Assembly (NCBI GenBank): GCA_963664825.1
Contig: OY761614.1
Coordinates: forward strand, 2,496,001 to 2,560,000
Direction: 5' to 3'
Source: an uncultured Holophaga sp.
GTDB taxonomy: Bacteria; Acidobacteriota; Holophagae; Holophagales; Holophagaceae
Length of the DNA stretch: 64,000 bases
The notes beneath the pieces are model-generated. The model made no database searches. It saw only the letters and a list, made by a program, of their open reading frames with translations, and had not been told where the DNA came from. Positions 36,512-44,302 of this stretch are shown here, piece by piece. The position numbers and the translations under genes were made by a program. Positions within the stretch are counted from its first letter, which is position 1. Every line of letters begins with the position of its first letter.

Positions 36512-37093
36512 ATGCCGGGATGCACGCTTAAGTTGCTTGAGAAGGTCAAGGACATCTCCAGAACAACCGCTGCCGGAGAAATCGAGGGGGCCGACCCCCA
36601 GGGCCAAACCAACCAAGTCACAGTATTGCTGTATGTCTTCTATGAATTTGAGCAACTCTTGTTCTGATGTTTCTCCGAGTGGAGCGCCCTGAACTTGATG
36701 TGCATAGTCAAAATGGGCGATGAATTTATCGCGAGCGGGTTTTAGTTTTTCACCGTATTCAACGATAGAGCCGCCTGTCGTCGATATTTCTGAGGACAAC
36801 AAATCTATGCGCTTGAGTGCCCGATTCAATAGCTGGACAGTGATGTTGTAGTGAATACCATCTTTGCGTTTTGATTCGGGCGGATCAGAAAGTTTACATG
36901 CTTGAAGTATCCAATCTCGCTGAAGAATATTGGCAATGTCGGTAAAAAATGTCGGCGCTGTTTTAGAAAGAATTTCGCGAGATGATTCGTTGAATAATTC
37001 TATATAAGTGTTGTAGTCGCGCCTGAGGCGGATGCAGTGATCTCGGAGATGAGTGAAGATCTCGATGGCGTAATCGGATTCGCTCATTGGCAT
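36506..37093 (-). CDS. Cassette gene: HEPN (AbiU2-like) domain protein
   Basis: Helical protein with ARDKFIAHFD (R-x5-H) and LQACKLSDP; stop codon lies inside the attC. Confidence 0.7.
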   Translation of the reverse strand: MPMSESDYAIEIFTHLRDHCIRLRRDYNTYIELFNESSREILSKTAPTFFTDIANILQRDWILQACKLSDPPESKRKDGIHYNITVQLLNRALKRIDLLSSEISTTGGSIVEYGEKLKPARDKFIAHFDYAHQVQGAPLGETSEQELLKFIEDIQQYCDLVGLALGVGPLDFSGSGCSGDVLDLLKQLKRASRHA

Positions 37094-37215
37094 GCCTAAC
37101 GAGTGAGTTAACCGGCGCTACCGAAGCGGCGCGACGAGGGGAGTGTAGAAATCGGAGCGATTGGTGGTGATTGTAAGAACAAGAGGTAGCGTCCGGGTTG
37201 AACGATTGGTTAGGC
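37094..37215 (-). repeat. attC site
   Basis: Same family as 37501-37622 and 41413-41534. Confidence 0.93.
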
Positions 37216-37243
37216 CGAAATGGGATCAACAACAATGCCAGCT

Positions 37244-37462
37244 TTAAACACCTAATTCAGAACGTAGAGAAGTTAAATATTGAATCGCTGTGTCGAAAAT
37301 TGGCCCGGCACATGCCTTGCAAAAATTTTCGACGTCCCTAAGGCCGTGTTTGACAACGAGGTGCTGTTCGCCTGGAGCAATTTCACAAGAGTAGTGACAA
37401 GTCCTGGTGGCTTTGGCCTTGTCGATTTTGATATTGACGGTAATGTTTTTGCTTTTAGCCAT
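37244..37462 (-). CDS. Cassette gene: 72-aa putative Zn-finger protein
   Basis: AAGGAG RBS; RTCHYSCEI...FCKAC. Confidence 0.7.
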   Translation of the reverse strand: MAKSKNITVNIKIDKAKATRTCHYSCEIAPGEQHLVVKHGLRDVENFCKACAGPIFDTAIQYLTSLRSELGV

Positions 37463-37500
37463 GCTTCACTCCTTGAGAGTTGCAGGTTGGTTCGTGAGAG

Positions 37501-37622
37501 GCCTAACGAGTGAGTTAACCGGCGCTACCGAAGCGGCGCGACGATGGGAGTGTAGGAATCAGAGCGATTGGTGGTGGTTGTAAGAACAAGAGGTAGCGTC
37601 CGGGTTGAACGATTGGTTAGGG
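37501..37622 (-). repeat. attC site
   Basis: Ends GTTAGGG, which matches the CCCTAAC at 38036 at the other end of the same cassette. Confidence 0.93.
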
Positions 37623-37636
37623 CGAAGAGAGACATG

Positions 37637-38017
37637 CTAATTTAATTTGTAAAGGACTGTGAGTTTGAACTTTGCAGCATACGGTTTGCCGTCGATAAGA
37701 GCGGGAAGAAACCTGAATTGCATAGCGAAGGTTTCAGCACTGGCTCTTAATTCAACTGGACCTGATAAGATCTCTGTCTTGATTGGAATCCCCTTGTCAT
37801 CGAGAAGAATCATCACCTCGACTGTTCCGTGGATTCCGAGAGCCTTGGCTTCAGCAGGCTCATCAGGGGCTGGTGGTTGGTATTTAATCTCAACCTGAGT
37901 GAAAGCAAATTTCTTTCCATCCTTATCGTAGTAGGCCTTGGAGGGACGTACATCAGTGCTGGGCTTGGTGCAGGAGATGAGGCCCAAACACATGATGGTA
38001 AGGATTAGACAGCGCAT
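37637..38017 (-). CDS. Cassette gene: lipoprotein with TonB C-terminal domain
   Basis: Lipobox-like LISC; PAEAKALGIHGTVEV...FRFLPALIDGKP. Confidence 0.8.
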   Translation of the reverse strand: MRCLILTIMCLGLISCTKPSTDVRPSKAYYDKDGKKFAFTQVEIKYQPPAPDEPAEAKALGIHGTVEVMILLDDKGIPIKTEILSGPVELRASAETFAMQFRFLPALIDGKPYAAKFKLTVLYKLN

Positions 38018-38035
38018 TAGGTTCCTTAGAATGAG

Positions 38036-38158
38036 CCCTAACGATTGGAGTTAACCGGCACTACCGAAGCGGCGCGTTGAGGGGAGACGAGAAATCGGAA
38101 TGCTGGGAGGGGAAAGTGACTCGCAGAGGTAGCGTCCGAGTTGAACGATTGGTTAGGC
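38036..38158 (-). repeat. attC site
   Basis: CCCTAAC...GTTGAACGATTGGTTAGGC. Confidence 0.93.
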
Positions 38159-38173
38159 ACGATGCCGTATATA

Positions 38174-38452
38174 TCAATCTTGAGCTCTGCCGCCCTGGTC
38201 ATATGCAGCGCGTTTCCGCCACAATTTTTGCCCTTTCTCCCAAATAACATCGTCGCCTGTGAGTTTTTTGAACTCTTTCAGGACAGACTTGTCAATCGCG
38301 GTGCCTCCATTTTGATTGAAGTACCAATGGGGCTTACCGAATTTTGTCATTATCTGAACTACAGCAACCTCTTGATACAGGTAATGAACTTTGTTGAGCT
38401 CTTCGAGCATCCACTGAGCTACAGTTTTGGCATCAACTTCTTGCATGATCAC
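38174..38452 (-). CDS. Cassette gene 2 of 2: conserved hypothetical protein (resembles DUF6953)
   Basis: VAQWMLEEL...LYQ...NGGTAIDKSVLKEFKKLT...W; GTGA overlap with the upstream gene. Confidence 0.65.
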   Translation of the reverse strand: MIMQEVDAKTVAQWMLEELNKVHYLYQEVAVVQIMTKFGKPHWYFNQNGGTAIDKSVLKEFKKLTGDDVIWEKGQKLWRKRAAYDQGGRAQD

Positions 38453-38637
38453 TTCTCTTCGTTTGAGGCTTCAAGAACGCCCTCTATAAAATGATTGGAA
38501 TTTAACTTGGGACCCGCAAACCATTGGCAATGGTATTCAATTGGATCCATATCAGAATAGACATTTGCAACAGTCATTTTTGGGCCTCCAGATTTTAGGC
38601 AAACCTGCTGGCCTGTTTGGAATTTTGTCTTTTTCAT
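38449..38637 (-). CDS. Cassette gene 1 of 2: YodC/DUF2158-family protein
   Basis: FQTGQQVCLKSGGPKMTV...CQWF; AGGAGG RBS. Confidence 0.82.
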   Translation of the reverse strand: MKKTKFQTGQQVCLKSGGPKMTVANVYSDMDPIEYHCQWFAGPKLNSNHFIEGVLEASNEEK

Positions 38638-38661
38638 GAAGTACCTCCTGGTTGATAGAGT

Positions 38662-38786
38662 GCCTAACGAAAGGAGTTAACCGGACCAACAGCCGGTGGG
38701 ATGTTCGAGGGGGACGAGAAAGCGGGATGCATGGGGGAGATTGGAAGACTGTGGCTGTTGGGTCCGGGTTGAACGATTGGTTAGGC
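38662..38786 (-). repeat. attC site (variant subfamily)
   Basis: CCGGACCAACAGC...GCTGTTGGGTCCGG; near-identical to 42100-42224. Confidence 0.93.
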
Positions 38787-39053
38787 CGATGTTGACCATT
38801 TTCGTGATAGGTACCTAGCAAGAAAGAATGTGCCGATATTAAGACAGAAATGCGTAAGAGCCATTTGGAAAGCTTGAAGATGCGTTAGATATTCTTGATC
38901 GCCACCGAGATAGCCAAAGCCGATTGGTATCCGAAATTCCGGGATGTCGGTAACGAACCACACGCGACTTGGGAGAGCCAAGGAGAGGACGAGGAAGGTC
39001 CACCAACACACCCAAACAACCCTCTGTCTTCTCGTTCTTTGTAGGACGGGCAT
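38781..39053 (-). CDS. Cassette gene: small two-TM membrane protein
   Basis: Fills the cassette; stop codon lies inside the attC. Confidence 0.6.
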   Translation of the reverse strand: MPVLQRTRRQRVVWVCWWTFLVLSLALPSRVWFVTDIPEFRIPIGFGYLGGDQEYLTHLQAFQMALTHFCLNIGTFFLARYLSRKWSTSA

Positions 39054-39059
39054 TGTGAT

Positions 39060-39181
39060 GCCTAACGAGTGAGTTAACCGGCGCTACCGAAGCGGCGCGA
39101 CGAGTGGAGACGAGGAATCGGAATGGCCGATGAGGACGCTGCCTCGCAGAGGTAGCGTCCGGGTTGAACGATTTGTTAGGC
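39060..39181 (-). repeat. attC site
   Basis: GCCTAAC...GTTGAACGATTTGTTAGGC. Confidence 0.93.
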
Positions 39182-39198
39182 TGGTGCCGTGCATGAGG

Positions 39199-39345
39199 TC
39201 ATTGCTGGTGTTCGTTGAGTCGCTTTTCTAATTTGCGAACCTTGAAGAAGGCGATGACCCCAAGGATGCCACCGCCAAGGCAGACAACGCCGATAAGGCA
39301 GCCAGGAATCATCAAAACGAGTTCAGTAAGTCCGAGATTGCCCAC
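39199..39345 (-). CDS. Cassette gene: 48-aa single-TM peptide (not in the ORF track)
   Basis: AAGGAGG RBS and GTG start; MGNLGLTELVLMIPGCLIGVVCLGGGILGVIAFFKVRKLEKRLNEHQQ. Confidence 0.75.
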   Translation of the reverse strand: MGNLGLTELVLMIPGCLIGVVCLGGGILGVIAFFKVRKLEKRLNEHQQ

Positions 39346-39364
39346 TGGGCCTCCTTGAATTGCA

Positions 39365-39487
39365 GCCTAACGATCGGAGCTAACCGGCGCTGCCGAAGCG
39401 GCGCGGAGCGAGAGTGACGAGAAATCCGAACGATGGTGAGGACGGTGCCTCGCAGAGGCAGCGTCCGGGTTGAGCGATTGGTTAGGC
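39365..39487 (-). repeat. attC site
   Basis: GCCTAAC...GTTGAGCGATTGGTTAGGC. Confidence 0.93.
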
Positions 39488-39488
39488 A

Positions 39489-40046
39489 TTAGATGGCAAC
39501 AGGTTCGAGCATGAGTTCAATTTCAGGAGGCAAATTCCTTGGTTGCAAAATTGAACCGAGCTTTTTTTTGAGAAATGTAACGAGAATCCAAATAGAGATT
39601 CGCATGTCGGTAAGAACAAACCAGAATTTTTGATTATCAAGGGCTGATCCGCTTAATGATTCTGGATTCAGTTTTTCAGCATGGCTGGAAAACGAGTTCA
39701 ATTGAGCCGTGATTTCCTGAACGAGTCGCTCAAGCGAACGATCGGACCAAACGCCCCGAGACAAAGTTCGGATCTCTTTTCTAACTTCATAAAGGCTTGT
39801 CATTGCGTGTTTAGGGCACTCATCTTGGCCGCATTCGTAGAAAAGGCGACGTGAATCAATTTCATTAACAATATCGTGGACTTTGTTTAAATCTGGATCC
39901 TTGATTTCAATACTTCCAATCTTGAAGCAACCGTTTGCGGCGGCTTGTCGGAAAACGGAAACCAGATTTTTCATCAATCCTTCTGAACGAGCCAAGAGCA
40001 TTGCATCTGTGATATTCGCATCGACATGAAAATTTCTGAGGCTCAT
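39489..40046 (-). CDS. Cassette gene: hypothetical 185-aa protein
   Basis: AGGAG RBS; AT-rich; ends immediately before the attC. Confidence 0.75.
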   Translation of the reverse strand: MSLRNFHVDANITDAMLLARSEGLMKNLVSVFRQAAANGCFKIGSIEIKDPDLNKVHDIVNEIDSRRLFYECGQDECPKHAMTSLYEVRKEIRTLSRGVWSDRSLERLVQEITAQLNSFSSHAEKLNPESLSGSALDNQKFWFVLTDMRISIWILVTFLKKKLGSILQPRNLPPEIELMLEPVAI

Positions 40047-40064
40047 CTGGATCTCCTGGGTAAT

Positions 40065-40088
40065 GCCTAACTTTGAATTGGACGAACC
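40065..40088 (-). other. Internal attI-like site
   Basis: 22 of 24 nt identical to attI at 42641-42664; occupies the position where an attC would be expected. Confidence 0.7.
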
Positions 40089-40291
40089 CGACGAAGTGCT
40101 TCGTAGTTCGCCTAATCGGGGTTGAGTGGAAGTGTAAATGTTGACAGAACCGTGAAGCTAGAAAAAGGGGGAAGCGGAATAGGCAGACAGGAAATGGGCG
40201 GATGGGAGGGCGTTTTGGGAGGGGAGCCGAAGGAGACAAGTTTCATATGAGTACGCCCGAAATTTTAGGCAAATCGCGCCTCGGGTAAGCG

Positions 40292-40413
40292 GCCTAACGA
40301 GTGAGTTAACCGGCGCTACCGAAGCGGCGCGTTGAAGGGAGACGAGGAATCAGGGAGTTTGGTGGGGAAAGTGACTCGCAGAGGTAGCGTCCGGGTTGAA
40401 CGATTGGTTAGGC
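40292..40413 (-). repeat. attC site
   Basis: GCCTAAC...GTTGAACGATTGGTTAGGC. Confidence 0.93.
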
Positions 40414-40427
40414 AGCGCGGGAGACCC

Positions 40428-40988
40428 CTAGAGTGTATGAAGAAAATCGAGGTCGATTTGGAACGCCTTTGTTGTTGGATTGGCCGAAATCAACTCTGTG
40501 TAGATCGCTATCAAAGCGGACTTGGAAAGGCATGGCGGTGGTGGTTCGACTAGGGAACAATGACCACCAAGAATCCTCACTCGATAGACAAGCTGAATCG
40601 GCCTAACATCCTTCATTAGCTTTCTCGGGTTCGTACCGTAATTCCCCTTACCTTCTGTTCTTGCTAGTTGTGAGTAATCCACGGCAACGGAAAAAATACC
40701 TTTGCTGGAAGTTACCGTAGGCAAAACTTTATAACTATCGACAACGAAAAGTGGGTCGGCGTCAGGGAAGAAACACAAAGCCAGAGGCTCTTTTCGTATC
40801 TTGCGTTTAAGAGCATTCGTCATGTATATGTTGCCTTGATTTCTCGTTGGTATTTTGCCTTCAAACTCTTTCTGAATGATCCCCTGAACAAATGCGCTTG
40901 CTCGTTCTGAATTGCTGAGGGGTATGGCAAGCTGAGCGACGAGGCACTGGACCACAAGAATGGTTGGAATCAATTGATGGCCTTTCAT
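40428..40988 (-). CDS. Cassette gene: hypothetical exported protein
   Basis: N-terminal hydrophobic signal; fills the cassette. Confidence 0.7.
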   Translation of the reverse strand: MKGHQLIPTILVVQCLVAQLAIPLSNSERASAFVQGIIQKEFEGKIPTRNQGNIYMTNALKRKIRKEPLALCFFPDADPLFVVDSYKVLPTVTSSKGIFSVAVDYSQLARTEGKGNYGTNPRKLMKDVRPIQLVYRVRILGGHCSLVEPPPPCLSKSALIAIYTELISANPTTKAFQIDLDFLHTL

Positions 40989-41011
40989 ATTTGGGTAATC
41001 GTCGGGACGAT

Positions 41012-41134
41012 GCCTAACGATCGGAGCTAACCGGCGCTGCCGAAGCGGCGCGGTGAGCGGGGATGAGAAATCGGAAAGAATGGCGAGGACGGTGCCTCGC
41101 AGAGGCAGCGTCTAGGTTGAGCGACCGGTTAGGC
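41012..41134 (-). repeat. attC site
   Basis: Near-identical to 35988-36110. Confidence 0.92.
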
Positions 41135-41412
41135 GAGAACGCAGCGCTGGTGCGGGCCGCAATGGTTCGAAGCGATCCGATTGGGTTGGCGTTCCTGGAC
41201 CTGGAAGCTTGCATGGGCAAATCGGAGAAATGGGCTGAGAAGAGCCGTGTTGCTGAATTGGAAAGGCCGTTGGGCTAGGCGCGTGTTCGAATTGTTGGAG
41301 CGTACTCGGAACGATGATAGCGGTTTTATCGATTAAGTTGGCGTGGCTGGATAGCTGGAAGGAAAACGTCGGGAGAGTCTTGCAGTTCAGCAACGCCAGA
41401 AAGCCAGGAGAC
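41135..41412 (-). other. ORF-less gene cassette, copy 1
   Basis: Duplicate of 36111-36388. Confidence 0.7.
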
Positions 41413-41534
41413 GCCTAACGAGTGAGTTAACCGGCGCTACCGAAGCGGCGCGACGAGGGGAGTGTAGAAATCGGAGCGATTGGTGGTGGTTGTAAGAACC
41501 AGAGGTAGCGTCTGGGTTGAACGATTGGTTAGGC
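41413..41534 (-). repeat. attC site
   Basis: Same family as 37094-37215. Confidence 0.93.
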
Positions 41535-42068
41535 CGCTCTAGATAGTGAGATTAATTCGGATTTTATTGTTTTTACAGTGGTTAAAAAATTTGTTATCGC
41601 TTTTTGAGATGGCTCCAGAAGCTCAGTGTTGATTTTGACGCCATTTTCCATTGCTTTGGCATAATTAATGTTATACTTGGCCATCTCTCTGAAATATTCG
41701 ACAATTTTGTCCCAGTGTGGAATGAGTTCGGGAAAATTTGAATTGATCCTTATTTCAATTATGCCAAGTTGAATATCGCTGTCTGTTGCAATGCCATTTA
41801 CAGAGTCAAGATATTTTTGCCACGATATTTGTTCTTTTAGTAATGAAATAAAAGACAAGTGTCTTGTGACAGTAGATCCATTCCATATGTAAATAGAATT
41901 ATAAATTTGTTCTAGCATTTCAACACGCTGTCTCCTTTTCTCTCGCTTGTTTTCAATATCGAATTGGATTTGAAGGCGTTTGAGATTGGCTTTATTGGTC
42001 AGGTGAGAAGCAAGAAATGCTGAACCAGTAGCCAGGATAGTTGTGATCAAGGTCTGAATGAAAGACAT
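41529..42068 (-). CDS. Cassette gene: N-terminal TM plus helical domain, hypothetical
   Basis: GGAG RBS before MSFIQTLITT; very AT-rich; stop codon inside the attC. Confidence 0.75.
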   Translation of the reverse strand: MSFIQTLITTILATGSAFLASHLTNKANLKRLQIQFDIENKREKRRQRVEMLEQIYNSIYIWNGSTVTRHLSFISLLKEQISWQKYLDSVNGIATDSDIQLGIIEIRINSNFPELIPHWDKIVEYFREMAKYNINYAKAMENGVKINTELLEPSQKAITNFLTTVKTIKSELISLSRAA

Positions 42069-42099
42069 CGCTATTCTCCACATAGACTTTGACGTTGCG

Positions 42100-42224
42100 G
42101 CCTAACGAAAGGAGTTAACCGGACCAACAGCTGGTGGGATGAGCGAAGGGGACGAGAAAGCGGGATGCATGGGGGAGATTGGAAGATCGTGGCTGTTGGG
42201 TCCGGGTTGAACGATTGGTTAGGC
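42100..42224 (-). repeat. attC site (variant subfamily)
   Basis: Near-identical to 38662-38786. Confidence 0.93.
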
Positions 42225-42239
42225 CGTGAGGAAGACTCT

Positions 42240-42617
42240 TTATATTGTCCAACCAACTGAAGCTGCATCTTTTTGTAGCGAGGCGATGCGAGCTTGTTCT
42301 TTTGTAATTCTGGCTGTATACCAATCACGCATTAGTTCCGCATCTTGCTGCGTATCTATGATGAAGTAGCCTCGCGTGCCATGATCGAACGAGCCAATGA
42401 AATAACCATTTTCGCGAGAATTTTTCAATAACCCTTGCTGAAAAGCGTTTTGAGAAAGTGTGTAACCGCAAGCTGCGAGGTGAATTTCGATCATCTCCCA
42501 TGGTTGCGCATTAGCGCTCCCGACAGCATTCGCAATGAGGAAATCTAAGATGCACTTATGGACTACGCTTGTGCGTGGATCGTTTGCTTTTCTTTGAACT
42601 GCTGGAAGAAGTGACAT
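42240..42617 (-). CDS. First cassette gene: 125-aa hypothetical protein, possibly winged-helix-like
   Basis: AAGGAG RBS before MSLLPAVQRK; ILDFL...GYFIGS...GYFII. Confidence 0.75.
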   Translation of the reverse strand: MSLLPAVQRKANDPRTSVVHKCILDFLIANAVGSANAQPWEMIEIHLAACGYTLSQNAFQQGLLKNSRENGYFIGSFDHGTRGYFIIDTQQDAELMRDWYTARITKEQARIASLQKDAASVGWTI

Positions 42618-42640
42618 TTTTTCTCCTTGGATAAAGTGAG

Positions 42641-42664
42641 GCCTAACTTTAAATTGGACGTACC
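42641..42664 (-). other. attI site
   Basis: Minus strand GGTACGTCCAATTTAAAG/TTAGGC between the first cassette and intI; no attC-type partner arm. Confidence 0.85.
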
Positions 42665-42899
42665 ACGGAACGGGTAGGGTGGTACGTGTTTGCGGGGGAG
42701 AGGGGAGGGGGGGCGGTACGCATTTGGGGGGACTTAGGCGAACGGAGGGAGGGGGCTTGACGGGCGAAAAAAAAGCGTCATCCTTCCAACGCGCTGAGTT
42801 GTGTGGCATGAACGGTTTCCAAGCTTAGCGCATTAGGCGAACCCATGCAGGGGGGTGTTTGCCATGGGTGACGAGATTAGGCAGACAGGAAAGGAGGGG

Positions 42900-43883
42900 A
42901 TGGAGGCCGGAACCGGCCCCGCGCGCCGCTTCCTCGATGGGCTCCGGGAGGAACTCCGGGTCCGGCACTACAGCCTCCGGACGGAGGATGCCTACGTGGA
43001 TTGGGTGCGTCGCTTCATCCTCTTCCACGGGAAGCGCCATCCGAGGGAGATGGGGGCCCCGGAGGTCCAGGCCTTCCTGAGCCATCTGGCGATGGCGCGA
43101 AACGTGGCGCCCTCCACCCAGAACCAAGCCAAGGCCGCCCTGCTGTTCCTGTACCGGGTGGTCCTCGGCGACAGGCTCCCCTGGATGCGGGAGATCGCCC
43201 AGGCCAAGGAACATGCGCGCCTCCCGGTGGTCCTGACCCCCGGCGAGGTGAGGATCCTCTTCGATCAGATGGAGGGCACCATGGCCCTCATCGCCCGGGT
43301 GCTGTATGGAACCGGCCTGCGCTTGATGGAGGGGCTGCGACTGCGGGTGAAGGACCTCGAGTTTGAGCGCCGGGAGATCATTGTGAGGGAAGGCAAGGGG
43401 GGCAAGGATCGGGTCACCATGCTTCCCGAAAGCCTCCTGGTGCCTCTCCAGCGGCACCTGCTGAAGGTCCGGGCCCTGCATGAGCAGGACCTGGCCGAGG
43501 GCTTCGGCGAGGTGTGGCTGCCCGACGCCCTGGAGGTGAAGAGTTCCACGGCGGCGAGGGCCTGGGGCTGGCAGTGGGTGTTCCCCTCGGCCCAGCGTGC
43601 GGCCGATCCCAGGTCGGGCGCGATCCGCCGCCACCACATCCATCCGGAAAGCGTCCAGAAGGCGGTGCGGATCGCGGGACGGGCCGGCGAGCTGGTCAAG
43701 CCGGTCACGCCCCATGTGCTGCGCCATTCCTTCGCCACCCACCTGCTGGCGGCGGGCCATGATATCCGCACCGTCCAGGAGCTGCTGGGGCACAAGGACG
43801 TGGAGACCACCATGATCTACACCCATGTCCTCAATCGGGGCGGCCTGGGGGTTCCCAGTCCCCTGGACATCCTGGGAGGCTGA
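42900..43883 (+). CDS. intI: Integron integrase
   Basis: [33 protein letters not shown], IntI-specific insertion (WGWQWVFPS...[11 protein letters not shown]), [16 protein letters not shown]...TMIYTHV. Start could be 42864. Confidence 0.97.
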   Translation: MEAGTGPARRFLDGLREELRVRHYSLRTEDAYVDWVRRFILFHGKRHPREMGAPEVQAFLSHLAMARNVAPSTQNQAKAALLFLYRVVLGDRLPWMREIAQAKEHARLPVVLTPGEVRILFDQMEGTMALIARVLYGTGLRLMEGLRLRVKDLEFERREIIVREGKGGKDRVTMLPESLLVPLQRHLLKVRALHEQDLAEGFGEVWLPDALEVKSSTAARAWGWQWVFPSAQRAADPRSGAIRRHHIHPESVQKAVRIAGRAGELVKPVTPHVLRHSFATHLLAAGHDIRTVQELLGHKDVETTMIYTHVLNRGGLGVPSPLDILGG

Positions 43884-43894
43884 TACGCGGCCCT

Positions 43895-44215
43895 TCAGGA
43901 ATGAACGGGCCGGATGAAGGAGATGATATTGGAACCGGGCGTGGGCGCCTCCGTGGGGTTGAGTTCGGCAGCGGGCCTGACTTCCCGTTCCAGATCCTCC
44001 ACCCGGTAGCTATTGACCGCGCCATTCCCCCAGCGCACCAGGTAGGGCCGTGCCGCAGCGCGGGGATCGTGGGGCCGATTCTCATCGGCCTCGATCACGA
44101 TTCCCGGCTTGCCTCCGCCCTGGCTCTTGGGCACCCATCCCGAGACCCCCCCATAGAGCGAAACGGCGGTGGGGGTCAGTTGGACGCGGTCGTCGAGTTT
44201 GAATTCCAGGGTCAT
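43895..44215 (-). CDS. Hypothetical protein (SH3-like beta-rich)
   Basis: FKLDDRVQL...GIVIE...YLVRWGNG...YRVEDL. Confidence 0.6.
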   Translation of the reverse strand: MTLEFKLDDRVQLTPTAVSLYGGVSGWVPKSQGGGKPGIVIEADENRPHDPRAAARPYLVRWGNGAVNSYRVEDLEREVRPAAELNPTEAPTPGSNIISFIRPVHS

Positions 44216-44302
44216 GGAGGGACCTTCCCTTCTCACCTCCATTATCGCGGAATGAGCGGGGAAGGTGGGGGCCCGAGGGGCAGGTAAGCGGAAAGCTGTG
44301 GC

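Larger units (their letters stand above)
35785..43883. mobile_element. Chromosomal integron: intI, attI and minus-strand cassette array (12 attC)
   Basis: IntI lies divergent from an array of mostly AT-rich cassettes separated by 122-125 bp imperfect palindromes bounded by RYYYAAC and GTTRRRY. Confidence 0.96.

Noticed and set aside
35988..42224. Regularly recurring repeats as a CRISPR array
   Set aside because: The repeats are 122-125 bp palindromes separated by gene-sized spacers next to intI, so they are attC sites; no cas genes are present.
35990..42328. Short ORFs spanning attC sites (e.g. 36391-36621, 36963-37235, 38038-38250, 38552-38821, 42071-42328) sharing PNQSFNPD-like peptides
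   Set aside because: The shared peptide is only the translation of the attC repeat; these frames lack RBSs and overlap real cassette genes.
42780..42900. LexA box upstream of intI
   Set aside because: No CTGT-N8-ACAG, GAAC-N4-GTTC or GTTC-N7-GTTC match was found by eye.
43884..44300. attR of the tRNA-Ser element at the right edge of the island
   Set aside because: No copy of the tRNA 3' end was seen here or elsewhere in the window; the integron appears to be a resident locus.
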